Positions 42,199 to 51,131 of a stretch of DNA of 64,000 bases are shown piece by piece. The stretch comes from an uncultured Gammaproteobacteria bacterium. GTDB lineage: Bacteria; Patescibacteriota; Microgenomatia; Levybacterales; UBA12049. The first letter of the stretch is position 1; the number at the start of each line of letters is the position of its first letter. The stretch lies in the NCBI GenBank assembly GCA_964483115.1, contig CAYZZF010000002.1, positions 5,493 to 69,492 on the forward strand, given 5' to 3'. The position numbers were made by a program, and so were the translations under genes. The notes under the pieces were generated by a model. That model did no database searches. It saw nothing but the letters and a program-made list of their open reading frames with translations, and was not told the origin of the DNA.

Positions 42199-44580
42199 AT
42201 GATCGGATACGCAAGAATTTATAATTTTTACACAACAAATATTATAAGATTATTAAGATTTGTTATTTTTATTTTTCTTCTATGGAGTACCTATCAATCT
42301 GTTTCTAATAGTTTTTTCCTTTCTGCCTCCTCTCGCATATCAATTTTTCTTCTATCCGTCTTCTTAATACTTGAGGTTTTTTTTCGCTTTAAAATCTCAA
42401 GATTGACTCCCAGAGTTTCGATTTCAGAAAATGAAGGCAAAAATATCTACACATCCTTTACTTTTAAAAGTTTATATGTTTTTTTAGGCAAAACAACATC
42501 AATAATAAAATTACTTCTTAAAGAAAAATCCAGCCTTTTTATTCTTGAAAAATCAGACATCAGGCAAAACGAGGTGTCACTTATCGATATTTCAAAAGAA
42601 GACTTAGGTGCGTATTCCCTTGAGGTTTCAAAAAATCTGAAGGGAAAATTTGTAACTACAATGGATATTTTAGTTTCCTATCTTCTATTAACTGAAGACA
42701 AAACCAAACTCTTGTTTAATAAAAATCTTAAAAAAGAGGAGCTAATGCATATTCTTTACTGGGCTCGCTTAAGATTTTCTGATGAAGAAAATCCAAAACC
42801 TTTTATGATAAATTTTTGGGGGGAAGGAATTGGAGAAGGCATGGTTTCGGGTTGGACTATAGAAACAAAAAAATACATGGTTGATAAAACATCGGAGATT
42901 TTAAGAAAAAGGACAACTCTCTTTGGGAAAGAGTCTGAATATAGACAGATCTTAGAAGCGTTATATCAGCAAAAAAGTGTTATTCTAGTTGGGGAGCAAG
43001 GGGTTGGTAAAGAAGAAATTATTGAAAGCCTTGCTTTTGAAAGTTTTACCGGCAGTTTGAGAGGAAGCCTTTATCATCAGAGGTTTTTTGAGCTTTTGAT
43101 TGATGCGCTTATTGCAGGATCTCAAAATCAAGGAGAACTTGAATCCCGTCTTGATGCAATTATCGCAGAGCTTGCCCACTCTGGCAATATAATTGTTTAT
43201 ATCCCATCTTTTGAAAATATCTTGGGATCTTCCTCTTTCCATATCGACCTTTCAGGAGTCCTTGCTCCGTATCTTGAAAGAGGAGTAATTCGCATAATTG
43301 CAACTGTTAGCCTTGGAGCATATAAAAAATTTGTTGAGGCGCGAAAAACACTGATGAATGCGTTCCAAGTTGTAAAACTTGAAGAGCCTGACAAGGATTT
43401 GACTCTACAGATGTTATTTAGGAAAACTCTAGATATTGAGGGAATTTACAGCGTTGATTTGACTTACAAATCTGTTATCGCGGCAGCTACGTACGGAAAA
43501 CAATATTTACCAGGAAGTTATTTGCCTGGCGCGGCTTTTGAGCTTCTTAAAGACACCGCCAATATGGTATTTCTTAGAGGTAAAAAAATTGTTGAAGAGG
43601 AGGATGTTATTGAAAAAGTAAAGACCCAAACAAAAATTGCAATTGGAAAGCCAAAAGGAAAAGAGAAAGAATTACTGCTCCATCTTGAGAATGAGATGCA
43701 TAAGCGAATTATTGATCAGGAAGAAGCTGTATCAGAGGTCTCAGAAGCTATGCGGCGGCTTCGAACAGGCATTACCACTCTTAATAAACCTATTTCATTT
43801 TTATTTTTGGGACCTACAGGGGTTGGAAAAACAGAAACAGCAAAAACTCTAGCCGCGCTTTACTTTGGAGGAGAAAACAAAATGATAAGGCTTGATATGA
43901 GTGAATATTCGGGGGATGACGCAGCCAGAAGACTATTGGGATCTTTACCGGGTGAAGAAGAAGAAAGAGGAGAGCTTACAGATAAAGTCTATGATAATCC
44001 GTTTTCATTAATTCTTCTTGATGAATTTGAGAAGGCAAATATTAATGTACTTAATTTATTCTTGCAGGTTTTGGATGACGGGCGACTAACTGATAATAAA
44101 GGAAGAACCGTATCTTTTGTCAATGCTATTATTATTGCAACCTCAAATGCCGCATCAGAATTTATTAGAGAGGAGATCGGAAAAGGTGCTACTGTAAATA
44201 AAAAATTTCAAGAAAAACTTCTCGAGTTTTTACAAACAAAAGGAATTTTTAAGCCAGAGCTTCTAAATAGGTTTGACGGAATAATTGTTTTTAAACCATT
44301 AGGGCAAGGAGAGGTGGTTCAAGTTATAAAGCTTTTGCTTTCAGAATTATCTAGAAAAATGCAAGAGCAGGATGTTGCTATCATTTTCGATGACAAAATA
44401 ATAGAAAAAATTATTAACGAAGGTTTTGATGAACAGTTTGGCGCCCGCCCCCTGCGCCGATATATTCAGGACAACATCGAAGATTTAATTGCCCAAAAAA
44501 TCTTAAAGGACGAGATAAAACGCGGGGACAAAATTTCCGTCTCAACTGATGGAAATCAATTTCTAATTTCTAAATCCTAA
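42199..44580 (+). CDS. membrane-anchored Clp-like AAA+ ATPase with degenerate D1 and intact D2
   Basis: N-terminal 2 TM (LLRFVIFIFLLW, ISIFLLSVFLILEVFF). D1 Walker A is degenerate (GEQGVGKEE, no T/S after the Lys), and D1 Walker B is replaced (YIPSFENIL). D2 is canonical: LGPTGVGKTETAK, LLDEFEKA, GARPLRRYIQ. Confidence 0.75.
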   Translation: MIGYARIYNFYTTNIIRLLRFVIFIFLLWSTYQSVSNSFFLSASSRISIFLLSVFLILEVFFRFKISRLTPRVSISENEGKNIYTSFTFKSLYVFLGKTTSIIKLLLKEKSSLFILEKSDIRQNEVSLIDISKEDLGAYSLEVSKNLKGKFVTTMDILVSYLLLTEDKTKLLFNKNLKKEELMHILYWARLRFSDEENPKPFMINFWGEGIGEGMVSGWTIETKKYMVDKTSEILRKRTTLFGKESEYRQILEALYQQKSVILVGEQGVGKEEIIESLAFESFTGSLRGSLYHQRFFELLIDALIAGSQNQGELESRLDAIIAELAHSGNIIVYIPSFENILGSSSFHIDLSGVLAPYLERGVIRIIATVSLGAYKKFVEARKTLMNAFQVVKLEEPDKDLTLQMLFRKTLDIEGIYSVDLTYKSVIAAATYGKQYLPGSYLPGAAFELLKDTANMVFLRGKKIVEEEDVIEKVKTQTKIAIGKPKGKEKELLLHLENEMHKRIIDQEEAVSEVSEAMRRLRTGITTLNKPISFLFLGPTGVGKTETAKTLAALYFGGENKMIRLDMSEYSGDDAARRLLGSLPGEEEERGELTDKVYDNPFSLILLDEFEKANINVLNLFLQVLDDGRLTDNKGRTVSFVNAIIIATSNAASEFIREEIGKGATVNKKFQEKLLEFLQTKGIFKPELLNRFDGIIVFKPLGQGEVVQVIKLLLSELSRKMQEQDVAIIFDDKIIEKIINEGFDEQFGARPLRRYIQDNIEDLIAQKILKDEIKRGDKISVSTDGNQFLISKS

Positions 44581-44706
44581 ATTCCAAATAAATTCCAAAT
44601 CCAAAATGCCAAAACCTAAAACAAATAGTATTGAAATTCCTGGACTGTTTGATTTCAGCCATTCCGCCCCAAAAGCTCCTTGTAAAAATTAAAACCACAA
44701 AAATCG

Positions 44707-44735
44707 TTGCTACAAAATAGCAAATTTGGTATACT
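44707..44735 (+). promoter_or_regulatory. sigma70-like promoter of nusA-infB operon (TTGCTA-17-TATACT)
   Basis: ttgcta at 44707-44712, a 17-nt spacer, and tatact at 44730-44735, 9 nt before the nusA ATG region. Confidence 0.55.
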
Positions 44736-44744
44736 GTTTCAATT

Positions 44745-45785
44745 ATGCCAGCACTGCAGCGAAGTGAATTTGCACTTGCCTTAAATCAGGTCGCCAACGA
44801 GCGTGGCGTTGATATTTCTGTGGTTTTGGAAACGGTTAAAAATGCGATAATTGCCGCTTACAAGAAAGATCATCCTGGAATAAATGTTGAGGATTATTCG
44901 GCAGCTTTGGATAAAAATACCGGCGAAACAAAAATATTTTACAAAGATAAAGATGTTACCCCTCCAGGATTTGGTAGGATTGCGGCTCAAACCGCCAAGC
45001 AGGTAATCTTGCAAAAAATTAGAGAAAAAGAAAGAGAGGCAATCCTCTCAGATTATAAAACAAGAGTTGGAACTGTTATTAATGGTATGATTTTACGATT
45101 TGCTGGGCTAAATATAATCGTTGATATCGGAAAGACAGAAGCAATCATGCCACAATTTGAGCAAATACAAAATGAGAAATATTATCCTAATCAAAGACTA
45201 GCTGTTTACCTTTTGGAGATAAAAGAAGGCCTAAAGGGAGAAGAAGTAATAGTCTCAAGAGTAAATAATGGGCTCTTGGAGGGTCTGTTTAAGAGAGAGG
45301 TTCCGGAAATTGCGCAAGGATCTGTTGAGATTAAAAATATAGCCAGAGAGCCTGGAAGCAGAAGTAAAATAGCAGTTTATTCTGCTCAGAGCGGTATTGA
45401 TCCAGTTGGAAGTTGCGTTGGGCAAAAAGGCGTGAGAGTTCAAGCAATAATTCAGGAGTTTGGAGGACTTGAAAAAATTGACATCATTCAATGGCAGGAG
45501 GATCTAAAAGATTATATAGCGCAAGCATTGTCCCCTGCCAAAAATGTTAAAGTGGAACTAGATGAGGAGGAAAAAACTGCCCGCGTAACTGTTCCAAATG
45601 ATGAACTTTCACTCGCCATTGGGAAAGATGGACAGAATGTTCGGCTTGCCTCAAAGCTTACAGGGTATAGGATTGAGATAGAAGGAGAAGAGACAGATGA
45701 AGATACAAAAGATAAAAATGAAGAAAATGAAAGAGACATTATTGAAAAAAATAAAGCTAAGGCTAAATCAAAAGATGAAAAATAA
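44745..45785 (+). CDS. nusA: transcription termination/antitermination factor NusA
   Basis: N-terminal domain, S1 and two KH domains (GSCVGQKGVRVQAI); K/E-rich tail. Confidence 0.9.
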   Translation: MPALQRSEFALALNQVANERGVDISVVLETVKNAIIAAYKKDHPGINVEDYSAALDKNTGETKIFYKDKDVTPPGFGRIAAQTAKQVILQKIREKEREAILSDYKTRVGTVINGMILRFAGLNIIVDIGKTEAIMPQFEQIQNEKYYPNQRLAVYLLEIKEGLKGEEVIVSRVNNGLLEGLFKREVPEIAQGSVEIKNIAREPGSRSKIAVYSAQSGIDPVGSCVGQKGVRVQAIIQEFGGLEKIDIIQWQEDLKDYIAQALSPAKNVKVELDEEEKTARVTVPNDELSLAIGKDGQNVRLASKLTGYRIEIEGEETDEDTKDKNEENERDIIEKNKAKAKSKDEK

Positions 45786-45927
45786 ATTACAATACCAAGA
45801 TATCAAATTACAAATAAATTCAAATAATCAGGAAACAAAATCCAAAATTTATGTTTAAAACACTTGGAATTTCGGATTTAGGATTTGTTTGGAGTTTAGA
45901 TATTAGAGTTTGGAATCTTAATTTATT

Positions 45928-47436
45928 ATGGAAAAGAAAAATAAAACAAAAACCATTGCCTCTCCTTTGGCTTCCATTCCTCCTGTCGTGACTGTATTGG
46001 GTCACGTGGATCATGGAAAAACAACTCTTCTTGATGCAATTCGCAAAACCAACATTGCAGAAAAGGAGAAAGGCGGAATAACTCAAAAAATTGGTGCATC
46101 AAAAATAGAGTTTATAAATAATGAACAGAGAAGGCAAATAACTTTTATTGATACGCCAGGTCATGAAGCATTTTCTAAAATGCGTGGAAGAGGCATCCAA
46201 GCGGGAGATGTAGGAATTCTTGTTGTATCATCAAGCGATGGAGTAATGCCACAGACAAAAGAAAGTATTTTATATCTTAAACAAGCCAATATACCTTTTA
46301 TTGTTGCCTTGACAAAATCAGATCTCCCAAATAGGAATCCCGAAAAAATTAAACAGCAGCTGATTAAGGAAGGAGTAGAAATCGAGGCTTTTGGAGGAAA
46401 TGTCCCTGTTATTGAAGTCTCGGCAAAAACCAACACGAACATAAAGGAGCTTTTGGAATTAATACTTCTTGTCTGGGAACTAAACTTTAACAGTTCAATA
46501 TCAGAAACTGGAAGTTTTGTGGCAATTATTATTGAATCAAAACAGGATGCTAGAGTAGGTCCTCTTGCAACGCTTGTTATAAAAAATGGGACGTTGTCGA
46601 TTAAAGATGAATTGATCTGTGATGGTGTATATTGTCGAGTAAAGTCAATCATAAATGATCGGGGAGAAAAATTAAAAAGCGCAACAGTAGGGCAAGCTGT
46701 TGAGGTTTTGGGATTTGAGAAAGTTCCCAGTGTTGGTTCTTTAGTTATTAAAAAGGGTGCTGAGGTCGTCCACGAAGGACCAGTTAAAAGTTATTCGGCA
46801 TCGAAGCTCGTTATGCCAGACATTAGACGTCAAACGATACGGGAGACGAAACCGTTTACCCAAGACGACGATAGCCATCTTATTTCTGTTATTCTTTGTG
46901 CGGATACATTAGGTTCTCTTGAGGCAATAGTTAGTATACTGCCCAGAGAGGTAAATGTGGTTTTGCAAAAAACAGGCAACGTTGCGCCGGCAGATGTAAT
47001 ATTTGCAAAATCAACCGGTGCAATAATTTTGGGGTTTCATATAAAAATCCAGCCTGACATTTTAAGACTTGCTAAGACAGAAAAAGTATTAATGAAAAAT
47101 TATATGCTCATCTATGAATTGACAGATGAAATTAAAGATGTTCTAGAAGGTAAACAGTTAGAGCAAAAAGAAATTTTAGGTGTTGCCAAAGTTGTAGCTT
47201 CTTTTCCATATGAAAAAACTAAAGTATTGGGAATAAAAGTGATTGAAGGAAGAATAGCAAAAGGGGACAGAATAAGATTATTAAGGGGTGATAATACGAT
47301 TGGTGAAAGCGCGATATCATCTTTGCGCCAAGGAAAAAATCCTATTTCTAAGGTTGAAAAAGGGAATGAGGCGGGCATAATAATCTCTCCTTTTCTTGAC
47401 TTTGCCATAGACGATGTGCTAATATCTCTGGGTTAA
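45928..47436 (+). CDS. infB: translation initiation factor IF-2 (short, N-terminally truncated form)
   Basis: PVVTVLGHVDHGKTTLLDAIR, DTPGHEAF; G domain plus C-terminal beta-barrels. Confidence 0.9.
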   Translation: MEKKNKTKTIASPLASIPPVVTVLGHVDHGKTTLLDAIRKTNIAEKEKGGITQKIGASKIEFINNEQRRQITFIDTPGHEAFSKMRGRGIQAGDVGILVVSSSDGVMPQTKESILYLKQANIPFIVALTKSDLPNRNPEKIKQQLIKEGVEIEAFGGNVPVIEVSAKTNTNIKELLELILLVWELNFNSSISETGSFVAIIIESKQDARVGPLATLVIKNGTLSIKDELICDGVYCRVKSIINDRGEKLKSATVGQAVEVLGFEKVPSVGSLVIKKGAEVVHEGPVKSYSASKLVMPDIRRQTIRETKPFTQDDDSHLISVILCADTLGSLEAIVSILPREVNVVLQKTGNVAPADVIFAKSTGAIILGFHIKIQPDILRLAKTEKVLMKNYMLIYELTDEIKDVLEGKQLEQKEILGVAKVVASFPYEKTKVLGIKVIEGRIAKGDRIRLLRGDNTIGESAISSLRQGKNPISKVEKGNEAGIIISPFLDFAIDDVLISLG

Positions 47437-47447
47437 AAATAATTCTT

Positions 47448-48434
47448 ATGGATAGAAGAACGTCTGAACAAATACGAGATTTACTGGAAGTTAGCAATAA
47501 GATTGGAATTGCAGTTGGCAAAAACTCAGGAATTGATGAATTAGCAGGGGCACTTGCGCTTTATCTGGCTCTTCTTGAAAGAGGCAAGAATGTATCAATT
47601 GCTTGCCCAACTGACCCTCTGGTTGAACATACTGTGCTTGTTGGGATTGATAGAGTAAAGAAAAATTTTGATGGTGCAACAGGAGATATGGTAGTTTCTT
47701 TTCCCTACAAAGAGGGCGATATAGAAAAAATCTCTTATACACTTGAGAATGGACTTTTAAATATTATAGTTAAGGGCGGAGAAGAAGGACTTTCATTTAA
47801 CGAGAATGATGTTATTTTTAAAAGGTCCGAGGGTAATCCAGAGCTTCTTTTTGTTGTAGGCACTTCGAAATTGTCTGATCTTGATAAAATATTTGATCCC
47901 CATGCTCTTAGAGATACTAAGGTTATCAATATAGATAATAAGCGCGATAATCAGGGATTTGGAGACATAGTTTTGGTTTCTTCTAATTTCTCATCGGTAT
48001 CCGAAGGAATTACAGATCTTTTAATACTTCTTGATATTTCAATAGATATTGATATAGCACAAAATCTTTTATTAGGAATAGAAAATGCTACGAATAACTT
48101 TCAAGGTCCCAATACGAGTCCGGTTGCTTTTGAGATGGCAGCTGCCCTTATGAAAAAAGGAGCCAGAAGAACAGGAACAAGTTTTAGAAGACAGCAATCG
48201 GTGCCGCTTGAAGAAGTTTCTTCTATTTTTTCTCCTAAAGATTCTAATATTCTTAGTCCAATTGACAAAGATGAGAAAAGAAATTCATCTTTAGATAAAC
48301 AGGCCACAAAAGATCTATCTGCCGCCCGCCTGCCGGGACAGGGCAGACCCGCTTCGCAGCGAGGTGAGCAACGTAAAAACCCTCCAGTTGATTGGCTAAC
48401 CCCAAAGATTTATAAAGGCTCAACAAATATTTAA
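47448..48434 (+). CDS. DHH/DHHA1-family (NrnA-like) protein with degenerate catalytic motifs and disordered tail
   Basis: Overall NrnA-like layout, but the DHH motif position reads IDNK and no GGGH motif is seen. In the infB operon it occupies the slot usually held by rbfA/truB. Confidence 0.45.
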   Translation: MDRRTSEQIRDLLEVSNKIGIAVGKNSGIDELAGALALYLALLERGKNVSIACPTDPLVEHTVLVGIDRVKKNFDGATGDMVVSFPYKEGDIEKISYTLENGLLNIIVKGGEEGLSFNENDVIFKRSEGNPELLFVVGTSKLSDLDKIFDPHALRDTKVINIDNKRDNQGFGDIVLVSSNFSSVSEGITDLLILLDISIDIDIAQNLLLGIENATNNFQGPNTSPVAFEMAAALMKKGARRTGTSFRRQQSVPLEEVSSIFSPKDSNILSPIDKDEKRNSSLDKQATKDLSAARLPGQGRPASQRGEQRKNPPVDWLTPKIYKGSTNI

Positions 48435-48514
48435 CTTTTTTCAGTCTTCCCTTCGGACATAAAATAAAATTAGAGTATTGAGGGCGCAAGGAAAACTTGC
48501 TATAATTAAAATCT

Positions 48515-48784
48515 ATGCCACTGACATCAACGCAAAAACAAGAAATTATAAAAAAATTTCAGACAGGAAAAGGAGACACTGGAAGTCCAGAAGTTCAGAT
48601 TGCTCTCTTAACAAGCCGCATTGACAAATTAACAGAGCACCTTAGAGAACATCAGCATGATGTGCACTCAAGACGCGGGCTTCTTTCGATGATTGCAAAA
48701 AGGAGAAGACTTATAAACTTTCTTAGAGGTGTTGATAAGACTCGTTATGCTTCTGTTGCAAAGAATCTTGGTCTTAAGGATTAA
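48515..48784 (+). CDS. rpsO: 30S ribosomal protein S15
   Basis: [35 protein letters not shown]. Confidence 0.95.
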   Translation: MPLTSTQKQEIIKKFQTGKGDTGSPEVQIALLTSRIDKLTEHLREHQHDVHSRRGLLSMIAKRRRLINFLRGVDKTRYASVAKNLGLKD

Positions 48785-51067
48785 ATGAATAAAACCATCG
48801 TTGTACTAGAGTTAGCAGGTAAAACACTTACACTTGAAACAGGAGAGCTTGCAAAACAAGCCACCTCTTCAATATTAGCCAGACTTGGAGATACAATGGT
48901 GCTTGTTACGCTTGTGGTGGGAAATGTGCGGGAAGACTTAGATTATTTTCCTCTAACTGTTGAATATGTCGAAAGACTGTATGCAGGCGGAAGAATAAAA
49001 GGAAGCCGCTGGGTAAAACGCGAAGGAAGACCAAGTGATGACGCAATACTAACCGCCCGGCTTATAGACCGTTCTATAAGACCGCTTTTCCCAAAAGAAT
49101 ACAGGAAAGAAATCCAGATAGTTGTTACTGTTCTTTCTGTAGATGGTGAAAATGAGCCGGATGTTCTATCAATTATTGCAACCTCTGCAGCTCTTACAAT
49201 TTCTCCTGTGCCTTGGAAGGGTCCAATTGGAGCAACCAGAGTCGGTCTTGTAAGGGAAAAAAGTAACGGAAACCTGGAGTATTTGATAAATGCCGATGTT
49301 GCAGAAAGTGAGTTTTCAGAGCTTGACTTAGTTGTTTCACAAACAAAAGAAAAAACTTTAATGCTTGAAGCGGGTGGACAGGAGGTAAGCGAAGACATAA
49401 TGTCTGCGGCAATAGAAAAAGCACATACGGAGAATAAAAAAATTATAGGATTTATAGAAGATCTTGTAAAAAAAGTTGGTAAGAAAAAGGAAACCATTTC
49501 TCCTGATACAAAAGTTTCTGAACTTATTCAAAGATTTGAAAAAAACTATAAAGAAGAAGTCTCTTCCCTTATTAAAGCAAGAGCCAATAAAGAAGGCAGT
49601 CGAACAGAAACAGGAGAGCTTGTTGACAAGATCTTTGAGGAAGAAAAGGCAGCAAACCTAGAGGTTGAGATTGATAAAAAGCTTATCTTAAGAGCGATTG
49701 AAGAGTTTTTATTTAAGATTGTCAGAAATGATATTTTAAAAAATGGCAAAAGACCTGATGGTCGAAAAGCTGATGAGATTCGTCAGATAAGCTCACGGGT
49801 TTCAGTTCTTCCAAGGACTCATGGATCTGCTATTTTTCAGAGAGGCGACACCCAAGTATTAACTGTTGTGACTTTGGGTTCTCCAAGACTTGAACAATTG
49901 GTTGAGACAGCAGAAGGGGAAGAAACAAAACGGTACATGCATCATTATTCAATGCCTCCTTATTCGGTTGGTGAGACAGGAAGAATAAGTTTTCCATCAA
50001 GACGCGAGATAGGACATGGAGCGCTAGCTGAAAGAGCACTTCTTTCAGTTATCCCAAAACAAGATGTATTTCCATACACTATACGAGTTGTTTCAGAAGT
50101 TCTATCTTCAGATGGTTCAACATCAATGGCTTCGACATGCGGTTCAACCCTGGCTTTAATGGATGCAGGAGTGCCAATCGAGAACGCAGTTGCAGGAATT
50201 GCTATGGGGTTAGTTTCAGACACTGATAAATATGTTATTCTTACCGATATTTTGGGTCTTGAGGATTTTTCAGGAGATATGGATTTTAAAATTGCAGGGA
50301 GTAAAAAGGGTATTACCGCAGTTCAGCTTGATGTAAAAAATGATGGATTGACCACTGCTCAAATAAAAGAGACCTTTGAGGGTGCAAAGAAAGCTCGACT
50401 TGCAGTTCTGGAAAAAATGTTTTCTATAATACCCAAGACAAGAGAAGAGGTTTCAAAATATGCCCCCAAAATAGAACTTATTCATATCCCGGTTGAAAAA
50501 ATTGGAGAAGTAATTGGTCCTGGAGGGAAAATAATCAGAAATATTATTGCTCAAACCGGTGCAACTGTAGATGTTGAAGATGATGGAACTGTTTCGATAT
50601 CTGCTACAACCGAGGATGCAGTGAAAAAAGCAGTAGAATGGGTACAAGGGTTAACTCGCGAAATAAAAGTTGGAGAAACATTTGAAGGTGAAGTTAAAAG
50701 GATTTTGCCATTTGGAGCATTTGTAGAATTGTTACCTGGCAAAGAAGGTATGGTTCATGTTTCACAGATGGGACATGGGTTTGTTAAAAATCCAGCTGAT
50801 GTCGTTTCTATTGGACAAAAGATAAAAGTAAAAGTTTTCGAAATAGATGAGCAAGGAAGAATAAATCTTACTATGAAACTTGCTAGTGAAGATAAGGATT
50901 TTAGTAGAGGTCAAGATTTTCAAAAAAGACCACGTCAAAGACCAAAGTCCGAAGAGCATCCATTATCAAGACAATTCAGAAGAGAACGAGCTGAAAGTTT
51001 TGATAAACCCCGTGGCTTTCCCCAAAGACGACCACGTGGCTCTAATTTCCGCAAATCTTCCTATTAA
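48785..51067 (+). CDS. pnp: polyribonucleotide nucleotidyltransferase (PNPase)
   Basis: Two RNase PH domains, KH, S1, and an RG-rich tail. Confidence 0.95.
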   Translation: MNKTIVVLELAGKTLTLETGELAKQATSSILARLGDTMVLVTLVVGNVREDLDYFPLTVEYVERLYAGGRIKGSRWVKREGRPSDDAILTARLIDRSIRPLFPKEYRKEIQIVVTVLSVDGENEPDVLSIIATSAALTISPVPWKGPIGATRVGLVREKSNGNLEYLINADVAESEFSELDLVVSQTKEKTLMLEAGGQEVSEDIMSAAIEKAHTENKKIIGFIEDLVKKVGKKKETISPDTKVSELIQRFEKNYKEEVSSLIKARANKEGSRTETGELVDKIFEEEKAANLEVEIDKKLILRAIEEFLFKIVRNDILKNGKRPDGRKADEIRQISSRVSVLPRTHGSAIFQRGDTQVLTVVTLGSPRLEQLVETAEGEETKRYMHHYSMPPYSVGETGRISFPSRREIGHGALAERALLSVIPKQDVFPYTIRVVSEVLSSDGSTSMASTCGSTLALMDAGVPIENAVAGIAMGLVSDTDKYVILTDILGLEDFSGDMDFKIAGSKKGITAVQLDVKNDGLTTAQIKETFEGAKKARLAVLEKMFSIIPKTREEVSKYAPKIELIHIPVEKIGEVIGPGGKIIRNIIAQTGATVDVEDDGTVSISATTEDAVKKAVEWVQGLTREIKVGETFEGEVKRILPFGAFVELLPGKEGMVHVSQMGHGFVKNPADVVSIGQKIKVKVFEIDEQGRINLTMKLASEDKDFSRGQDFQKRPRQRPKSEEHPLSRQFRRERAESFDKPRGFPQRRPRGSNFRKSSY

Positions 51068-51131
51068 CAAGTCTATTTATATAGATTGTTGTTTGTTGTA
51101 TAGAATATTTCTCTTGTAGTATTATAGATAT

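Noticed and set aside
40247-44580. Considered a split FtsH-like arrangement (membrane AAA+ plus HExxH protease)
   Set aside because: Predicted topology puts the HExxGH domain outside the membrane and the AAA+ rings inside, so they cannot form an FtsH-like chamber.
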